From Candidatus Woesearchaeota archaeon (lineage in GTDB: Archaea; Nanobdellota; Nanobdellia; Pacearchaeales; GW2011-AR1), in contig CAYXTB010000004.1 of NCBI GenBank assembly GCA_964468255.1, forward strand, positions 1 to 24,000: a stretch of DNA of 24,000 bases. The letters are read 5' to 3'. Shown one piece after another: positions 22,569 to 24,000 of this stretch. The notes beneath the pieces are model-generated. The model worked only from the letters and a program-made list of their open reading frames with translations. It did no database searches and had not been told where the DNA came from. Position 1 is the first letter of the stretch, and every line of letters starts with the position of its first letter. Both the position numbers and the translations under genes were made by a program.

Positions 22569-22627
22569 CACACAGAGTCTTATATTTAGGCCGACGCCGC
22601 ATCTTACGACGCCGACATTTCATAGAA

Positions 22628-23272
22628 ATGGAAAGTACGGGCGTTCAAACACGAACAGAAGATGCAATAAATAGCAAAGTCGTTGATATCCAGCATTTAG
22701 TTTTTTTCGGTGATGGAAGAGTTCCTTATGACAATCCTGTTCCTGAAAGTGAGCACAGAAAGATTAAAATCCGCTCTATCGATTGGCTTCTTGATGAGGG
22801 AATCATTTCCAAGGCTGAAGAAAGCTCTTCTCTTACTTGTAAATTTTTAACGCCAGACGAATGGAGGATGATTCAAAGTACACCAGAACATTATTGGCCG
22901 TGCGCATTTGCAAAAGAACTAACTGAAAGAGAATATCAACATCGTTTGAGCAGATTTGTACCTCCGCCTTCAAACCCGCTTTATAAAAATCATTATCTTC
23001 GTAATCAAAGAGTTTGGATTGCAGTGAGTAATATTTTATTTGAGCAGAAATATCATAAATATCCTACGCGGGCAGAAGAAGAACAGCAATCAGAATTTTT
23101 ATTTCCTATTTATTGTGCATTTTATGCTTTGCTTAATGGCGTAGAACTTCCACTTTCTTATCCGTGGGGAGAAACAGTTATTTCTTATTGTGATAAAAAA
23201 AGAAAGGAAGAAGATGAAAAATTGAAACTGCAAAGAGCAGGGAGGCATGTAACAGAATGGGCCCTTGCTTGA
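22628..23272 (+). CDS. hypothetical protein (214 aa), no recognisable family
   Basis: The ORF is clean. Its composition is rich in W, Y, H and P, unlike the K/E/I-rich neighbours. It has no SD and is not leaderless. Confidence 0.55.
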   Translation: MESTGVQTRTEDAINSKVVDIQHLVFFGDGRVPYDNPVPESEHRKIKIRSIDWLLDEGIISKAEESSSLTCKFLTPDEWRMIQSTPEHYWPCAFAKELTEREYQHRLSRFVPPPSNPLYKNHYLRNQRVWIAVSNILFEQKYHKYPTRAEEEQQSEFLFPIYCAFYALLNGVELPLSYPWGETVISYCDKKRKEEDEKLKLQRAGRHVTEWALA

Positions 23273-23290
23273 TTTTTTGATTAAGATATA

Positions 23291-23298
23291 TTTATAAG
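23291..23298 (+). promoter_or_regulatory. TATA box (TTTATAAG) for the metallophosphoesterase gene
   Basis: The box starts 29 nt upstream of ATG 23320. Confidence 0.5.
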
Positions 23299-23319
23299 AG
23301 AGTTTTTTCTTTTTGGATA

Positions 23320-24000
23320 ATGAGATTATTAGTTGTCGGGGATTTTCACGGGGCATTTCCTAGAAAATTTGAGAGATTGATCAAGAGAGAAAAGATAAAT
23401 TTGATTGTGTCAAACGGAGATTATTTGCCTTTTGCATATAGGAAAATTTGGTTTAAATATTGCTTTGAGAAAAAAGTAGGATTATGGGAAGTTATTGGCA
23501 AGAAGAAATATAAGAAATTAGTTAATGACGATTTAAATGCTGGAGAGAAGGTTCTCAAAAAGCTGAATAAATTGCCCATAGAAACCATAACTGTTTTAGG
23601 CAACATTGATTACCCTATACCAGATGACTTGAGAGACGATTATAAATTAAAGAATGATTGGGTTTGGGATAAAAATAGAATTTATTATTTTGGAAACTTG
23701 ATAAAAAAATATAGAAAAATACACCGAATTGATTATACTTATTTTATTTTTAATAATTTTGTTTTTATTGGTGCAAGAGGGCATAGCGCTCCTGGTAAAC
23801 CTCGGAGCAAGGCTTTTAGAAAACATAAGAGAATTCTTGAAAAATTATTCAAAAAATTCAGAAACGAAAATAAAGAAAGGGAAGTAATTTTTGTTTCGCA
23901 CAATGTTCCTTACAATACAAAATTGGATAAAATTAGCAAGAAAGCACATGCTCTTGTTAAAGGAAAGCATTACGGCTCTAAACTTGTTAGGAGAATTATT
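23320..24000 (+). CDS. calcineurin-like metallophosphoesterase (partial, runs off the right edge)
   Basis: It is absent from the ORF track because no stop is reached. I translated it by hand: MRLLVVGDFHG...LIVSNGDY...TVLGNID...GARGH...VIFVSHNVP. These are the metallophosphoesterase motifs in the canonical order, open through 24000 (227 codons). Confidence 0.7.
   Translation, partial: MRLLVVGDFHGAFPRKFERLIKREKINLIVSNGDYLPFAYRKIWFKYCFEKKVGLWEVIGKKKYKKLVNDDLNAGEKVLKKLNKLPIETITVLGNIDYPIPDDLRDDYKLKNDWVWDKNRIYYFGNLIKKYRKIHRIDYTYFIFNNFVFIGARGHSAPGKPRSKAFRKHKRILEKLFKKFRNENKEREVIFVSHNVPYNTKLDKISKKAHALVKGKHYGSKLVRRII

Noticed and set aside
1-24000. CRISPR arrays, rRNA genes, IS elements/transposases, integrases, long direct or terminal inverted repeats
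   Set aside because: I saw no regularly spaced 25-40 bp repeats, no rRNA-like conserved blocks, and no DDE/serine/tyrosine recombinase motifs in any listed ORF. This was visual inspection only, so short or degenerate elements could have been missed.

Overview
This is a low-GC, gene-dense segment that reads as an archaeal chromosome. GC looks like the mid-30s % by eye, and my local hand counts range from about 27% to 53%. All family calls come from motif recognition by eye, with no database search. My guess is a small-genome, DPANN-like lineage, but that is inference only.

The archaeal assignment rests on the gene content:
- Information processing: TATA-binding protein, RNA polymerase subunit L, RadB, ATP-dependent DNA ligase.
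- Translation: deoxyhypusine synthase, archaeal-type ProRS and AspRS, GatD/GatE plus GatB.
- One intron-containing tRNA-Arg(UCG) with a bulge-helix-bulge splice motif.
- AT-rich BRE/TATA boxes about 29 nt upstream of many ATG codons, implying leaderless mRNAs.

Most of the window is housekeeping, and 9.6-21.9 kb is a cluster of translation and tRNA-charging genes.

Four things stand out:
1. A two-gene cassette with its own promoter (16.7-18.2 kb) sits between gatD and gatE. It encodes a minimal nucleotidyltransferase and a HipA/PI3-4K-like kinase-fold protein. I read it as a candidate toxin-antitoxin or defence-type module that I do not recognise as described.
2. A small accessory islet lies between aspS and a metallophosphoesterase (21.9-23.3 kb). 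It holds an orphan RHH protein with a perfect inverted repeat and a 480-bp control region with repeated GGTATACT sites and a duplicated promoter module. It also holds a candidate ~125-nt structured sRNA, a GC-rich CGACGCCG motif shared by the sRNA and the leader of an unrecognisable 214-aa ORF, and that ORF itself.
3. There are two unusual protein architectures: an acylphosphatase-UppS fusion, and a GatE that lacks the usual insertion domain.
4. A sharp ~53% GC patch covers the 5' end of gatB.

I saw no CRISPR array, rRNA, transposase or integrase.
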